A stretch of DNA of 63,469 bases, filler included, from Phoronis australis (Eukaryota; Animalia; Phoronida): NCBI GenBank assembly GCA_002633005.1. It is 9 parts of 9 records of this genome, joined end to end, with 100 filler letters (N's around TTAATTAATTAA, not from the genome) between each part and the next. Parts side by side here need not be neighbours in the genome. Positions count along the whole stretch, not along the records: positions 13,724 to 43,958 come from NMRA01000776.1; positions 44,059 to 53,131 come from NMRA01001850.1; 7 more parts are not named here. One strand, 5' to 3'. Within the stretch, counting starts at the first letter, position 1. The number at the start of each line of letters is the position of its first letter. Made by a program: the position numbers and the translations under genes. The notes under the pieces are model-generated. The model had not been told where the DNA came from. It did no database searches and worked only from the letters and a program-made list of their open reading frames with translations. Positions 34,430 to 48,596 of this stretch are shown here, one piece after another.

Positions 34430-37400
34430 TATTTGTAAACACCGAAGTTAACAATGGAATAGAGACGAAAGGAAAGAAAAAACGCGCAAACACAAACACA
34501 CTCACTCTCACATTCAGACATTCCAACTCTATTCCAATTTCTACTGAATGTATAAGGTTTTCAAAACTCCGTCAGGGGGTGATTCTCAAGATTATATACT
34601 TTTCCATGTCCTTTCAATGTCAAATAAAATTGGGTAAAATCTCTTAAGTACAGGAATACATGAAGACTTGGAAACAAGTATATATTAAATACCGAGCCAA
34701 AGTTAATAAAGGATTAATGTCAAAACAATGATCCCCAAAGTATGCAAATAGCTGGACACGCTTTTCAGCCAGTAAATGTTAGCTCAAATAACGTTTGAAA
34801 CCCAAGTTTGCAATTCATTCCAAAACAAAAGTACATGCTCACAATCCAAAAAAACGGGATTAAAAGTTTCTGTTCTGTCCACAAAATGAGCATTTGTCGT
34901 TTTCGATTACTTTAATCTTCTTTAAAGTATAGTTTGTGTAAACTTTTTATGAATGTGATATTACTTAAAAACTTTTAAATGAGCAACAGTTTAAGAGGCA
35001 CAACATAAATCTATTTAGTTTGCTAGTCGGCAAAAATGCTAACAAACTGTGTTCCTCATCAGGAACTGATATCTCTCTGGAAAGTACTACATCTATTGTT
35101 CATCGCGTAACAATCTGATCCGGTGTAATGTCCTGCATGCTGCTAGCTCTATCATTAACCGGACTATCTGAAATTTTCATTGCCTTGGCCAGAGCTTTGC
35201 ACTTTATCCAATTGCTTAGTTTATACATTTCCTTCAAAACCTCCCAAGATACATGTATCAGTTTATTTTCGATACATGTAAGTCCTAAATAAAAGCAATT
35301 CCAGGATTGTAGTAGCTGATGTAGAACACAGTTTTTCCATTTATTAAAATATTTTTGTTATTCCATACAACTCGATTTTTCAAACCAAAACTCTTATTTA
35401 AGTAGTCTTTTATATTCTTCCAGGACCATAACATATCAGAGTGCAATAGGTTGACAATTTCTATGAGTAATTTATATAAGCATAATTGGATTTTATGATT
35501 AAACAACCTCGGCACTTTCAATAAACATATTTGGGTAATATATCCATTCTTTGCTTTGTTCCTTCTTTAAACGTTTATTCCATTTAAATAACAATGACTT
35601 ATACAAAATGTTGACATCCGGAACAGCTAAGTCCCCTCTTTCCCTACTATTCACAGCAATATCTCTTCTAACTCATGGGGATCTATTTTGCCAGATGAAA
35701 CCCTGGATAATATTATTTATCTTCTGTATTTTGTTAGCAGGCATATCTAAGGTATTCATAACATGCATTATTATCACCTCAATTCTTCAAAGTAAAGAAA
35801 CATTCCCCCTTTTCCATATGTGTAATGTTTTTGAAAAGTTTTAATTTTGTCATCATAATCTCGGGCATCGTTTTTATTTCCTTATTGTGTCCACAATATA
35901 TGCACAAACATTTGATTGGCTTTCCAGACCATTTAAACTGATACAAAATTTCGTTGCCTTCATTATCCTTGCCATGATAAAGGCCTTCACACTTATTTGC
36001 ATTGAGCTTTAATCCAGAGACTGCCAGAACACTTTGAAAGAAATCTAATAAATTGAAACCCGATGTCTTTTCTTGGAGTAATATAGTTCTTTCGTCAGCG
36101 TATTGCAATACCTTAAATCTACTTCCTTCAGTATTAATACCTCTAATTAAATAATTATTTCTAATACAATTCTTTATTACTTCGACACATAAACAAAATA
36201 ACTGATCTGACAATGCGTCTCCTTGCATGACACCTCTTTTAAGCTTAACATACATGTAGTCAGTGGACAGGCCATTGTTAGTCACACATGGAGTGAGGTT
36301 GTTATAGAGAATGTTAAGAAATTTTTTAAAATGGGTCCGAAATTAAAGGCATGCAAAAACTTATGTATAAATTCCTATTCGATTTTTTGAAGTCCAAAAA
36401 TAGGCTATGACCTTGAATTTTCTTAAAGTTTGTTTACGCAATAACATCTTCTAATATTCTTATATTGTAACCAATAAATCTCCCTTTAACAGCACATTTA
36501 TTAATATGTATCAACTGCTGCATACTGGTACTTAAACTTGACGTCATAACTTTGGTAAACAAATTGTAATCAATATTTGACAATGTTATTCGTCTCCAGA
36601 AATCTAATGACTGTAATTCGCAGTCGTCTTTAGCATCACAAGTGATAGTGTCAGGCAATTCAAACAGATTGAGAAAATTTAAGTTTGTTCCCAAATTGCT
36701 ATAAAACTTGGAGAAATAATCATATATTTCCTTCTTATTAAGCCCTGACATCTAATTAATCGTCCATTATTATTTCTAAGCTCTGCAATATTTTTTTCTT
36801 GTTGTTTACTTCTTCTAAGTTAGAAAAATATTTGGAGTTACTTTCTGCATTTTCTATCCATTGAGTTCTACTTCTGATCATCTCTCCTTTTACTTGTTGG
36901 GTCTGCAATAATTGTAATTCTGCTCTGGCTCCGTTCAAGCCTTCCATAGGTTCATTGTTTTTAGTTACCCGTTTGTAATTCAACTGTCAAATTATTTACC
37001 AAACTAATGAGTTCTTCTCTGTTATTAAGAGTTGTCATTTTTTGTTTTTAAAAAAGCACGGTGTTCTCCTTGATTTTCATGTTTATCATTTCCCATTTCG
37101 TATGTTTATTGGTTAAGTCTACATATTCCTCCACCAGTTTTGTAATAACTTCTTTCAAATTCTATACATAGACATCACTTTTTTAAAAAGCTGATATCAA
37201 GTTTCCTAAAAACAGGGCCTCTGGCACAAATATCATTTAATGTAATTGCGATTTTAACAGCAGCATGGTCAAAATATATAAAATAGTTAAGAATACCACT
37301 TTTAATGTGGTCCTTAAAAACTTGGAACAACAAAGCCAGTAACCAATTCTACTTAAGGAATTAAAATACTTATCATGCCATGTAAATTGTTTCTTCCCAG

Positions 37401-38700
37401 GATGTTGATACCTCCGAACGTCAAAAACAGTATACTTTTTAGATAGACTACTTATACGGGCTATAACAACTTGCTTGGAGCTTGTGCCCCTCAGACCCTG
37501 TTTGTTTATTTCTCCTAAGGGACAGTTATAATCCCCTGCACAAAAGATATTATTACTTTTTCCATATTTGTATAAAACAGAATCTATTTGATCTAGAAAT
37601 TAGATAATTGAGCAACATTTTCGTTCGGACAGTAAATATTTAAGAAAATAATTGTGATATTGTGTACAATGGCCTCCACATACACATACTAACCAGCTGG
37701 ATCTTATGGCAGAGGATAGCAACTCCCCTACTATGTTGGGAACCATGAGAAGCAAAAATGCAACCATCCTATTCTAAACACCATTTAGATCAAGACCCTT
37801 CCGAACTATAGGTTTCCTGTAAGAAGGCTACGTCAATCTTTTCGTTTTTAAAAAGTCAAATACTTGATGTCTCTTTGTTTCATTGTTCAACCCCCTGTAA
37901 CTTAAGGTAATACTGTTTAATTTAACCACTATCTAACAAAAAACCCTTATCTATCTACTTGATAGTACAAGCTGAAGTAAAACACTATTACATTTCCAAA
38001 ACTAATTATAACAATTCATGTATACACTGCACCAGTAATTGACACCTGCACTCACACATCCATACAATGTAACTACAACACAAAACGTAAAATGCCGGTG
38101 AAGTTCATGTCCGTCTTCGTTCTTCAATAGTATAGAAGTTCAAAAGTCGTCAACCATATGTGTAATTCTGACGTCACGCAAGATAACTTTCGTTGCACCA
38201 CTGGACCAATTGGATAGAACTCTTTTGTCATTACAAGCCGTATTAAGGATTTGGTAGCTGTATGGAGTTAGGTCGTCCAATATGTAGTGACCGGTGAGCT
38301 CTATCAGTCAGCGATGGGTCAATCCGTATTAAGAATTTGGTAGCTGTATGAAGTTAGATCGTCCAATATGTAGTGACCGGTGGGCTCTATCAGTCAGCGA
38401 ATGGTCAATCTTGATGTTCAATGCTTTCTCTACAAAGTCTGTTGCTACTTCCAAACTATTCTTTGTGTCTTGTTTCACTCCATGTGTTCTTATGCTGTTT
38501 CTCCGTGAGTTTTGATTTAGTTTACTAATCTCTTCCTTGAGTACTTTATTTTCTTTTTTTATCTTTGCTAACTCAGTGTTGATTTCCAGCATTTCTTGTT
38601 TAATTATTTGCTGAACAGACTTGATAATTTTTCTCCCATTCTCACCAGCCCTTATTACATTTGTTTTGCATCCATTGTCACAACTTTGAATCTCTATAGC
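34430..38700 (-). mobile_element. Decayed near full-length L1/Tx1-clade LINE
   Basis: ORF1 remnant with coiled coil, SRRNSIRTHGV and DRAHR (38592-38329); APE motifs RGLNN, FLQETYS, SRGVAIL, GDYNCPL and FTW (~37930-37250); RSRTQW.E..E.NSKYF; WRRITLSNIDY; GVMQGDALS and LQYADE (RT); many stops. Confidence 0.88.
38238..38410. repeat. 86-bp tandem duplication within LINE ORF1
   Basis: CCGTATTAAG...GGTCAAT unit at 38238 and 38324. Confidence 0.85.
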
Positions 38701-40619
38701 GTGGTCTATTTAGTATTCTTCAAGTGTTGACAACAGTCCTTTCAAACTTAAACATTGTGGTCCTGATCAAATGATTCTAAATTAGACTTACTTACAGAAT
38801 TCTTAGTAAATTTCTATATAACATAGGTATGGTTAACTCACCACTCTTTGCATTCTGTGGAGAAGACCCCGGGAATCTTTGACATGTTTTTGGGGAACTG
38901 AACTTATTCAGAACAACTCTTTTACAGCCAAAACAGGGTCCGTTATTACATGTAGCTTGAGTTTGACAGATGTTATCTTAGGGAAAGTGGGTCCAAAAGT
39001 GTGATTAGTCTCCTTATTTGCTTAGTAAAACGTCAGATATACATATAAATCTATGTTAAATTCCAGACCTCCCTGCTTTTAATGGCTGAAAAATGAAATG
39101 TTTGAATATTATAACATAGAAAAGGTAATTTACTATACCAGTCTGAATTTTATTAGAATATGGACCCATGTAGAAAGACTTTGTCTAACAATCTGATAAT
39201 AAAACGTGGGACTGTAGTCGATTCCGGTGTAAATGACGTGTGCATGTTCTTTATAAAAATACGCTTGTGAACATTTTCTGTATCTCGGCACCGTACTCGA
39301 ATATAGAAACTACCATTCTATCAAATGATGTCGTGAACTACACTTCACTTTACTAGTTAAACATGCTTTTAACATGTTCACTGTTTTTTTAGCTTGCAGA
39401 GTTACTATTCTGCAATTTTCTTTCCTGTTTAATCTGCAAGAGAATGACACACTGAGATACTTGAAATGAGATTTCGTTTCAAACAACTTTTAATTCTAAA
39501 AGGACTCCAATCCACACAGTAATTATGCAATACATTTAATTTTTCTGAAGTCCAGGCACTGTGTCCGCTTTAAGCACTGAATCCCCCGCAAAAAGTTACA
39601 GACTCACTATCATCAAACTTGATGCCTCGACCTCCATTTCCTTTAACCTCTGAACCAGCCCGCTTACAAAAACAGAGAATAACCAGGGGATCAGTATGCA
39701 GTCTTGTTTCACTCCTCTCTTACATTCAAAGTAGGATGTGACCTGATTCTGTATTATCACCCAAGATTTCACTTCAGCATAATATTCTTCGGGAGATTGA
39801 ACATTTTCCCGTGGAGATTATACTTAAACAAACAATAAAACACACGTGTAATTTTCAGACTGTCAGCCGCCATACAGAAGTCCACAAAAGTACAGTACTT
39901 TTTCCACCACGTGTAGTTCACACTCGAAGTTTTAACCGTAATGATTGGGTCATTAGTACACAGTACTTGTTAAATTAGACAGATGTCCACAAAGTAAGCT
40001 ATTATGTACTGGAGCATAGCATAATATAATGTACTTATTTTGAAGTCCCACAAAAATGGAATAGAACATAACAAAAATTGTTTCAAATTCGTTCTCGAGT
40101 GAAAAAAAAAACAATATCCCAGGCTCTGGAAATAACGATTGCGTTCTTATTTATGTCAAGTGCCGCCTGGTAAACAAAGTTTAAGGCCATTGTCATATAT
40201 GACTACTATCCACTTTTTATGCATGGGAATTGTTGGGTAAATTTATCACCAAAATTTCAATGTACCACGTAATAGAATGACAAATGGGTTGTTTCTCCTC
40301 ACCCGTTAGAAGAATTGTCAACATGCGCACATTTGGTTGATGACGTACTGGTCAGCATTCCAGTAGATTGAGCCAAAATGATCGCGAGGAGTTGAATTGG
40401 ATATATTGGGTTCTGGCTATTAAAAATCATTCTTGGCACATACTCTAGATGATCTGTTAAATCACAAGACGATTTTGAATTCCACTAATTCATTTTAATA
40501 GAGGACTTTCGAAATAGCCGTGCCATAANGCGTTTTTTTTTTCTATCAGTGGAGTTTAGGTTAGCCTCGTGAACTGTTATAGGTACCTCTGAAATGAGCA
40601 AAACACACCTTAAAAGCAA

Positions 40620-41949
40620 GCCCCATCTCCCATCTTCCCCCGGTTACCCGTCAAAGTCTGCAAGCTTGTATGCGGAAGTTGCTTATAACATTCCGTTTTG
40701 ATAAACACATTCGGCTTTTGATTTTTATGGTTCTACTAAAATAGATATGCACAGATGATTTTTGACAACTAGAAGCTAATCTTGTAAGAAATGATGATGT
40801 TTCAGTGAATTTAATTGCAGCCTGAAGTTGGAAAAACTCAATAATCTGATCACCGACGATTTTTACATATCTAAAATAACTCTGAAAAACATTGATGAAA
40901 TTCAGACTTGCAAACCGCAGAAAGAAAAAACGTTTTCAAAGTCCTTAAATAAATAAAATTAAACTTATTGCTGGAAATGTTGTGTTTGTACTTCCTTGGT
41001 GTTTTTAGTTTCCAGTAACATTGAGCAAGGATTTTAGTTCTTTAAAACTGAATTGAATGCTTGCACGTCATGACTGACGTGCCCACGTTAAAACATGATG
41101 TTACCATGCAGTAGGCCGTAGCAGACTCTCTGTGATCCACGGGAACTTAATTTGAATTTCAGGCGTTCAGGAAGTGTGTACATTTTTGGGACACGTTATC
41201 CTTTTCCCCAATCACCATAAACTGGACTACAGGTCATTTTTCAACTAAGCATTTTGAAACTGCCCTAAGGGACTTCGGGAATGCATCTTTTCAAAAAACT
41301 CCTTTAAATAATGACCATAATGAAATAAAGTTTTCTCGAAACTTGATCACAATAAAACGAATCCTGACTTTAGAACGGCCGGTACGAGCTGCCTTTCTCA
41401 AGTGAATCACAGTTGAGCTGACCAGCAATAAACTTTAGATCGTCGAGAATTTCATATTTTCACACAGTTAGATCTCAGCTATACATGCACATGTAGCTAC
41501 TTGACGCAGCTCCTTGCTACCGGTCAGTGTACATCGTACTTACTCTACCGGTCAGTGTACATCGTACTTACTCTTCCTAGGCTCATTCTTGCTCTCTGTG
41601 TTGGTTCACGGTTACTGAATTCTTGATGGCTTCATCCCTGGGATTGATCCGGGGGCTCATTCAGGATTTGGAGTGGGGGAAGGGCAGAGTATTAGCCAGG
41701 GTTTTACCCGTCAGAAATTCGCACCCCCGAATTGCCAAACGGAATCTCGGAAAATTTTAGAGGGCCATGGTCACTTGGTAACTCCTAAATCCGCCAGTGT
41801 GCCCACCACCTATAGCGCGGACTTGGGATATTCGGTACAAATAGGGTGGCATCGGGAGCACGGGGGGTAGGGTTGGCAGAGGTGGTGGCGATTGAGGGCG
41901 GTGGGTGTTTGGCGAAGTGGAAATGGTTTGTGCCCCCCTCCTACGGGCC
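40620..41949 (+). repeat. Long diverged repeat, copy 2
   Basis: Collinear with 28440-30318; includes a 28-bp tandem duplication at ~41518-41574. Confidence 0.8.
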
Positions 41950-43958
41950 GGCACGTGTGTTCTATGCCGATGAATAACATAAAGTCTCCTCTAATCGTCT
42001 GCACGATCCTGTCATTTACGCAAATACCACTCTGGCGAAGTTGGCCGGGTACGGCCTGATGATTACGTGAAGTGCTTTGAATCAGAGGTAAATTCAAAAT
42101 TAATACTAACTCAGTTATCGTTGTAGTTAGTAGTACTAGTATCTGCAACAATTTTGTTGTTGTCCATCTGTATCCTATCTTTAACGAATAGGCTGGGGAT
42201 GGACCTTTTCCGTGTGGGGGTCGATCGAACCCTTCGAACCCCCTACCTGGCTACGGGCCTGCTATTAAATATCCATTGCTGTGCAGTGGGGCGCATTAAT
42301 CTCTTACAGAAAAAGCCAATAAACCTCTTAAAATATCGACGTTTGAAGACTATCATGTTCTATACATTTGCCACTGTGAAGAAAATTCCTCGCACAGCGA
42401 AGTCAGAAGTGCGACCGACAAAGCGGGAAATTTTCGATCTCAGCCGTTGTCAAATGCTAAAATAAAATAGCGAACCTGTAATATAATCAAACATGTGACT
42501 TTCAGTGGGATTTATTATTCTGTATTCATTGAATTTCTGCACCGAACCCGAGTTGGTATCAAGTCGTTTTCGCACTCTCCTTACTCTAGATAGCGCCACT
42601 ACGAGAACTCCACTATTAAGGCGTGATAAAATTTTAGTCTCACCCTTGCTGTCGGCTTGTCTTCAATTTATTTGTTAAAGTGGATATCTCATTCTAAAAT
42701 CATTGAAGCCGTAGGTCACATAGAATTCTTCGTTGCGGCGTCAAACAATGATACCTTACCCTGCGTTAAGTTTTATCATAACACACATTCTGAGAAATTT
42801 GCATTCATTTTGTCGTTTCCAGATGAAGCGGTTTAATTTGACCTTGAAATATGGATATTTTCAAATCCCGTGGGATCGTGCGGCGGACTCAGGCGATACA
42901 AACAATCTTCATGATTGTCAGTTTCTTGGAACGGTCTCATATTAAAGCAATCTTAGATTCATCTTACACTTGTCTGAGGTGAATAATCTGAGCTAAATCA
43001 GTTTTCTTGAAACAGGTTCCATGATTGAGTATATGCATGTTGGCCTATGACATCATAGGCTATGTTCCGTAGACTCACAAGAAACATAGGTATGAAAACG
43101 TGAATTGCCATCTTACAAACTTGCGTGTTCATGCGTTTCTTTGAACGCAACCCTGTTCTGCGCCAAAATAGACAACACGCAATCCTCAAACGGTGTGCTG
43201 ACCTTACCCTGTGCCGTTCATCACACTGCGGTACATGATCGGACAAGCGTGCTTATGAACGCCTAAGATCCAATTTCGCCCTAAATCGCTGGCCACAAAA
43301 CAACAAAAATGAACTATGCCTTTACTCTCAATCAGTCTCATGGTATTCCTTATCGTGTTAGAATTCAATTTCTGTTACCAACAAGAACAAATTTAGTCAA
43401 ACTTTAAGATCCATGCTGACCCTCGAAGAGATCAAGCTTATTTGCAGTGTATTTGGTTAATGGGGCTTTTCGGAAAATCTACAATAACTAGAGGGCGCGC
43501 GTGTACTAGTGGTCAATTGTAACCTCAGAAACCTGCCACTAATTTCCATGCCTTACAAACAAGTAGTTCTTCTTACGTTACCTAAAATAGATCATACAGT
43601 ATTATTTAATAAAGTAATACCAAATATAAAAGAGACGATTTCATAACCCAAACCTAAGCATCAGCGACAAAAGAAATGCTTCATAGTTTAACGGGGTTGG
43701 CCAAACCTAAAAGTCCAAATTACAAAAAATGCCTCGAGTAAACAATTTGAGACTTGGTAGAAGCGGAATTCTATCATGGTAACCGACGTTGAGAGACCAA
43801 TTTCATGTAGGTTGTACCGAGCTAAAAATGACAAAAGGCAGCTTTACATACATGTACATGTATATACGTTGAAACGTATTTGGAATCCATTTTGTATAGA
43901 CCACTGAGATATGCTGAGTCGGGGCACAAGTGTATTATTTCGCCCAGCATAAAAAGCT

Positions 43959-44058
43959 NNNNNNNNNNNNNNNNNNNNNNNNNNNNNNNNNNNNNNNNNN
44001 NNTTAATTAATTAANNNNNNNNNNNNNNNNNNNNNNNNNNNNNNNNNNNNNNNNNNNN
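43959..44058. other. Artificial contig spacer
   Basis: N-run, TTAATTAATTAA, N-run. Confidence 0.97.
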
Positions 44059-44533
44059 GTAACTGCTGATTCTCTTCACTGCAACTCAACTGTAATCTCC
44101 TGATTAACTTTCTTGAACTGACTTGATCTCCCGAGTTGATCTTCTTGGACTCAACTCACTTAATCTGACTAACACAAACCCGTGCTTGTGTATTTATAGC
44201 CTAATGCATTGTTCTGGAACTTTTCATCAATTCAAGCACATACCAGAACTTTCTGGAACCTACCCAATCATTCTACAAACATGTACTAGTCTCTAGATTA
44301 TTCTGCATTAATCACTGTCATGCTAGAGTCTTCTAGAAAGTTCCACTCTATGCTGTAGTAAACAAATTACATCATCACTGTTCTGACCTCAGTCTTCTAG
44401 AAAGTTCCACACTATTTTGTAGTAAACAAATTCCATCATCACTGTACTTAACTCAGGGGTCATGCCAATCAAACAGAATAACAAAACAAAACAATACAAC
44501 TAAATAAAACTACTGTCCGACTATATTCTGACA
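44059..44533 (-). mobile_element. LTR-like repeat, copy 3 (cut by the gap)
   Basis: AACCCGTGCTTG..., TACCCAATCATTCTACAAA, GGGGTCATGCCAATCAAA and the ...CTGACA end are shared with 11800-12411. Confidence 0.6.
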
Positions 44534-45354
44534 GGGAGCATAGGCTTTCTTATTTGTCATAACTGTACACGCTTTTATATTGTATTACAGCTACATCAGG
44601 GTGTTTGCATCTCAAAGTTTTACCCTTTCCAGTGCCACCTACTGACAATACACCACTGCTTTTCTTGCTCCTGTTCCCTTTTGCCGGAGTTCCTCAATGT
44701 ACCACGATAGCACGCTGTCCATCTTGTCTTCTGCGCCCACGTTTTGGAAATGAAGTTTGGTGCTCGGTCTGAAATTTCGTAAAATGAATTTTGGTAATGC
44801 AATTAATGTGACGAGATATTAACCTTGGAATTCAAATTTTCTTATAGATTCAGAGTTCTGTCAAAGTTTTCGGGATGAATAAGGGGAAAACTCAGGGGCG
44901 GATCCAGGANGCACAGGAATAACCAGAATTTCGCCACATGCGCGCGCCCAGCCTAGAATGTAGGGATGCAGGGATCTTGATTATTTGAGTTTGTGGACGT
45001 TATGATTAAATACGCCACCGAAACTCATGCACGATTTCGAGGTTTAGCCTCGGTGCTCACGGCCAATGGTTGTATTGCTGCCTATCCTGTTACACTTATT
45101 TATTCTTCTAACGTTAGTTGTTGATGAAGGAGAACCTGTGATTTGCGATCGTGTGGTGACAAGATATTGTAACAAGTTCCTTCTGAAAGAATTCCTGTGT
45201 GATTTACTGGATATAAAGTATATTGGAACACATATAGTGATCTGTAATATTACTGATAATGCTAAAATTGATTATAGATGATTTATGTGAGTGTGCGAGA
45301 ACTGAAACATGTTGAGGTACGAAAGGAACACTCGGTACTTTTTATTGGACTCAC

Positions 45355-46172
45355 CGATCGGGGACCATCTCAATCACCTTTACGTCACCCGGTGGAAGAC
45401 CCAGAATTTCCAGCACTCGCTTTCTTGTTACGGGTTGGCACGTCGCCAAAGTCATCAAAACAGGAGTCTCTTCGAAGTGGCTTCTTATCTGTCCTACTAT
45501 CGCATACCCCTCTCTAAATTGGTCACCCCTGTAAAACATGTTTCGATGTAATTTATGTAAGGGAATGGCTATACTTGTGGGTTCAATTGTTTTTCTGACA
45601 TAACGTCACTGAAATAGAATTGCCATTTCATTTGTCACACTTAATTTTGAATATTATACAGCCTTCCATTCAGAAAATTTACTGACCATTCGGCGACAAG
45701 ATGTGCTTCGTCAAAGTCGATTACACACGTTCTGTCCTTGTAAGGTTTAGTACAAAATATCTGTTCAAATTCTCTGGAGCTCATCACGAACTCGGGCGAC
45801 AATAACATATTTGTGAATGATCCATTCTCAAGGCGATCCTAATGTTGCTTAGAAAGAGCTCTGCCCTTGTGCAAGTCGATGATGGGTACACCCCTGGTTT
45901 GAAATTTCGCAACCATATCCGACATCAAAGCCACTAAGGGGCTACCCACCAATGCGACGTATTTCTTATCCTCTTTTCGTGGAACATCCAGAACAAGGGG
46001 AACCATGCAAGACAAAAATGTCGCTTTTACTGTAACCAGTTGGTAATATGGCAAACGTATGTTCTCCATTAACAACGTTATTTAATGATGTAAGTTACTC
46101 TTGCTTCAATTTGTACGGAAATGTGAGACTTAAACTCTCGTATGCGTGTAAAACGTCTTGTTCAGTGAACAT
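45355..46172 (-). pseudogene. RecQ-like SF2 helicase pseudogene (AcademH-type transposon helicase)
   Basis: ATG at 46172 gives MFTEQDV...KQE*...FAILPTGYSKS (motif I); SPLVALMSD (Ia); FDEAHLVAEW (II), then an intron and GDQFREGY; PVLMTLAT (III); PDR|gtgag; contains a stop and frameshifts. Confidence 0.85.
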
Positions 46173-47213
46173 GGTTTCTTTTACCCTATATTGACTACAC
46201 GATTGACTCATTTGTTGCATGCTTCTGACCATGGTAGTAAGTGAGAATTTAAACTAAATACCAAACAGGTAGCACAAAATAGACCAATCGGAGTGTTTGG
46301 CAAGTGCCATGGATGACGGGATTAGGCTTCACTAGCATGCTTTACACAAAGCAGTGTATTAAAATAACTGGATTCTATAGAAAGCAAGGAAACGAAACTT
46401 AACAAATGTAACGGAGAATTAACTACACCTGTACAGCATCAAAGACTTGGTCACAGAACACTGTCTACGTTAAAAGAATTACATAAAAGGATCTATCCAA
46501 AGACTCTTAATTGGGTATGACAAAACTGTGGCTGACACATTCATAATTGTCTACTAAGCCAACCTAATATTTCAGAGTTTTGAATTACCCACGTAAATCC
46601 GTCTTCGATAGTTAACAATTTTACGTATCGCCACGCAGTGAAAAGACGTGTCGTCAAGACCAAGCAGATAGCAGTGATTGGGTCGGTAATCTAAATTGGT
46701 GTGTGTCGCTACGTAACATGAATTTTTCTAGTCTTCTGCTAAATTAATTGTTCTTACATGGGCGGCGCAGCACTTTAAAATGTGAGGGCCATATCCCCTC
46801 TCCCCCCAGCCCCCTATGGTGCGCCGGCCCATATATTTATAACACTTTCAAATGCACGACTGGTTCCCGGCAACACACAGTGGGCGGGGACTTCAACTTT
46901 CAAAGTTCGCCGGTAGGACTGCAACGTCTGACCTTGTGCCTGGTTAAAAAAATGGGGTCATACATATCCCCTGGCGTGCACAGTGCGAAAATGTTGAGTT
47001 CACGATTTTGGGAACTGAAATAGGGACTGCTCGAAGAAAAAGTTTGATAATGGGAGTATTTGTTTGAATTGGAAGGAATTAAACACATCGACAACCTCCT
47101 AAGGTGTTCCTCTATTCGCAAAAGGTATTTATAACAACGTGACTGATGTTTTAGTCGGTGCGAGTCATAATTCCTCGAAAAGCTTCCGGCGTATGGGGCG
47201 CTTATAGGAGCTG

Positions 47214-47257
47214 CATCGCCTCTGGTCGGATCCAACAGAGGCGATGGTCATTGACTA
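47214..47257 (-). mobile_element. Academ-like terminal inverted repeat (same family as 2569-2617)
   Basis: Reverse complement of 47232-47257, TAGTCAATGACCATCGCCTCTGTTGG, matches 2569-2594 at 25 of 26 nt; internal hairpin CATCGCCTCTG/CAGAGGCGATG. Confidence 0.75.
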
Positions 47258-48596
47258 ACCGTAAGTCTGAAAACGATTCAGTCAAGATAATTTAAACAAA
47301 TCAATGAAAATCTGTTGCGGTTTGCTCGAGTTTCTCTTACCGGGTGCCATTTTGAGGAAGTTACGTGAAATCACGCATCTTGACGAATAAAAAGTTTAAG
47401 GGACACAAATCTTACAAATTTCACCTGATACCCTCTCATGCTATTTTGTAAGTGTTACACGCTAGTGTCACGCGCTGCGCTCAGTCTCGCGCTAGCATTT
47501 GCCTAACTCACGTGACTCGGTCGACGTAATTTATGGTTATCGCGCGCGCGCGCGGTGAAAAAGTTAACGATGACCAAAAAGTGGAGTTGGAATTCTCCAA
47601 AGTCACCTTAATTCTAGTAGATATGCTTTATCAAAGATATGTGAAGAACGTTCATTCTCAATAAGAATGACCAAATGCGAAATGAAAATACATAAAAATA
47701 AAGTTCATTCGTTATTGTCAAGTTTAACTCATCAAAACAATGTGCTATTTTAGGGTTATGAATCAGAAAGAAGTAGCAAGTGATCTCGAACGGTTCTCAT
47801 TTTATTGAACTTTTAAAAATGGTTCTTAAATGTACAAATCTGTTACCAGAAATGTACGATACCAAGCACATACATACAAGAATAAAAACGTAACGTTTTA
47901 ATAGCAACCACATAAAAAACATTTAAATCAACAAAAAATAAGTTTGGTGGAAACACTTATACAATCTGCTTCATGACGATCGACGGAAGGCAAACGGAAA
48001 AAAATACACGTGTTATTGAAATGTCATTTTTTGTAACCTATGTGCAGGTAAAACAGCGCAGTGCGACCTTTCGTTTTTTCGCAAACAATGAACACTGAGC
48101 ATTAAAACTTCTGCGCATTATTTGAAGGAATTCGTGAGTATAAAATCTGAAAAAGTGTAATATACTTTGTCACACCAATCCATGTATATAATGGTATGCA
48201 TTTAGAAAAACCAAATTGAATGTAACGTACATTTCGTTAAAATGACACTTGTTTTTGCTTGGTCCAATTTTAACGTAACTACTGTTAAAACGTATTTGTA
48301 GGTTCGGTAAAGACTTAATATAAAAACAGCCAACACTTGGTGGTACATATTGGAAGTTGCCAAATAGATAACATACAACTGTAATGTACGTTGTAACATG
48401 TTTATTACTATTTCCTATATTCTGCACAGATCTGCATTTTGCCTGCTTATTTCAAACGTGATTTTATTCTCAAGTACAACTTGCACCTTAGCAAAAAATG
48501 AAGCTCTTAATTACGTAAATGCCTTAATTCATTGCAATTCTCAAATAAAAAAATAATGTGAATAGCTGTAATTTACGTTATACTCCCAATGGTGAC

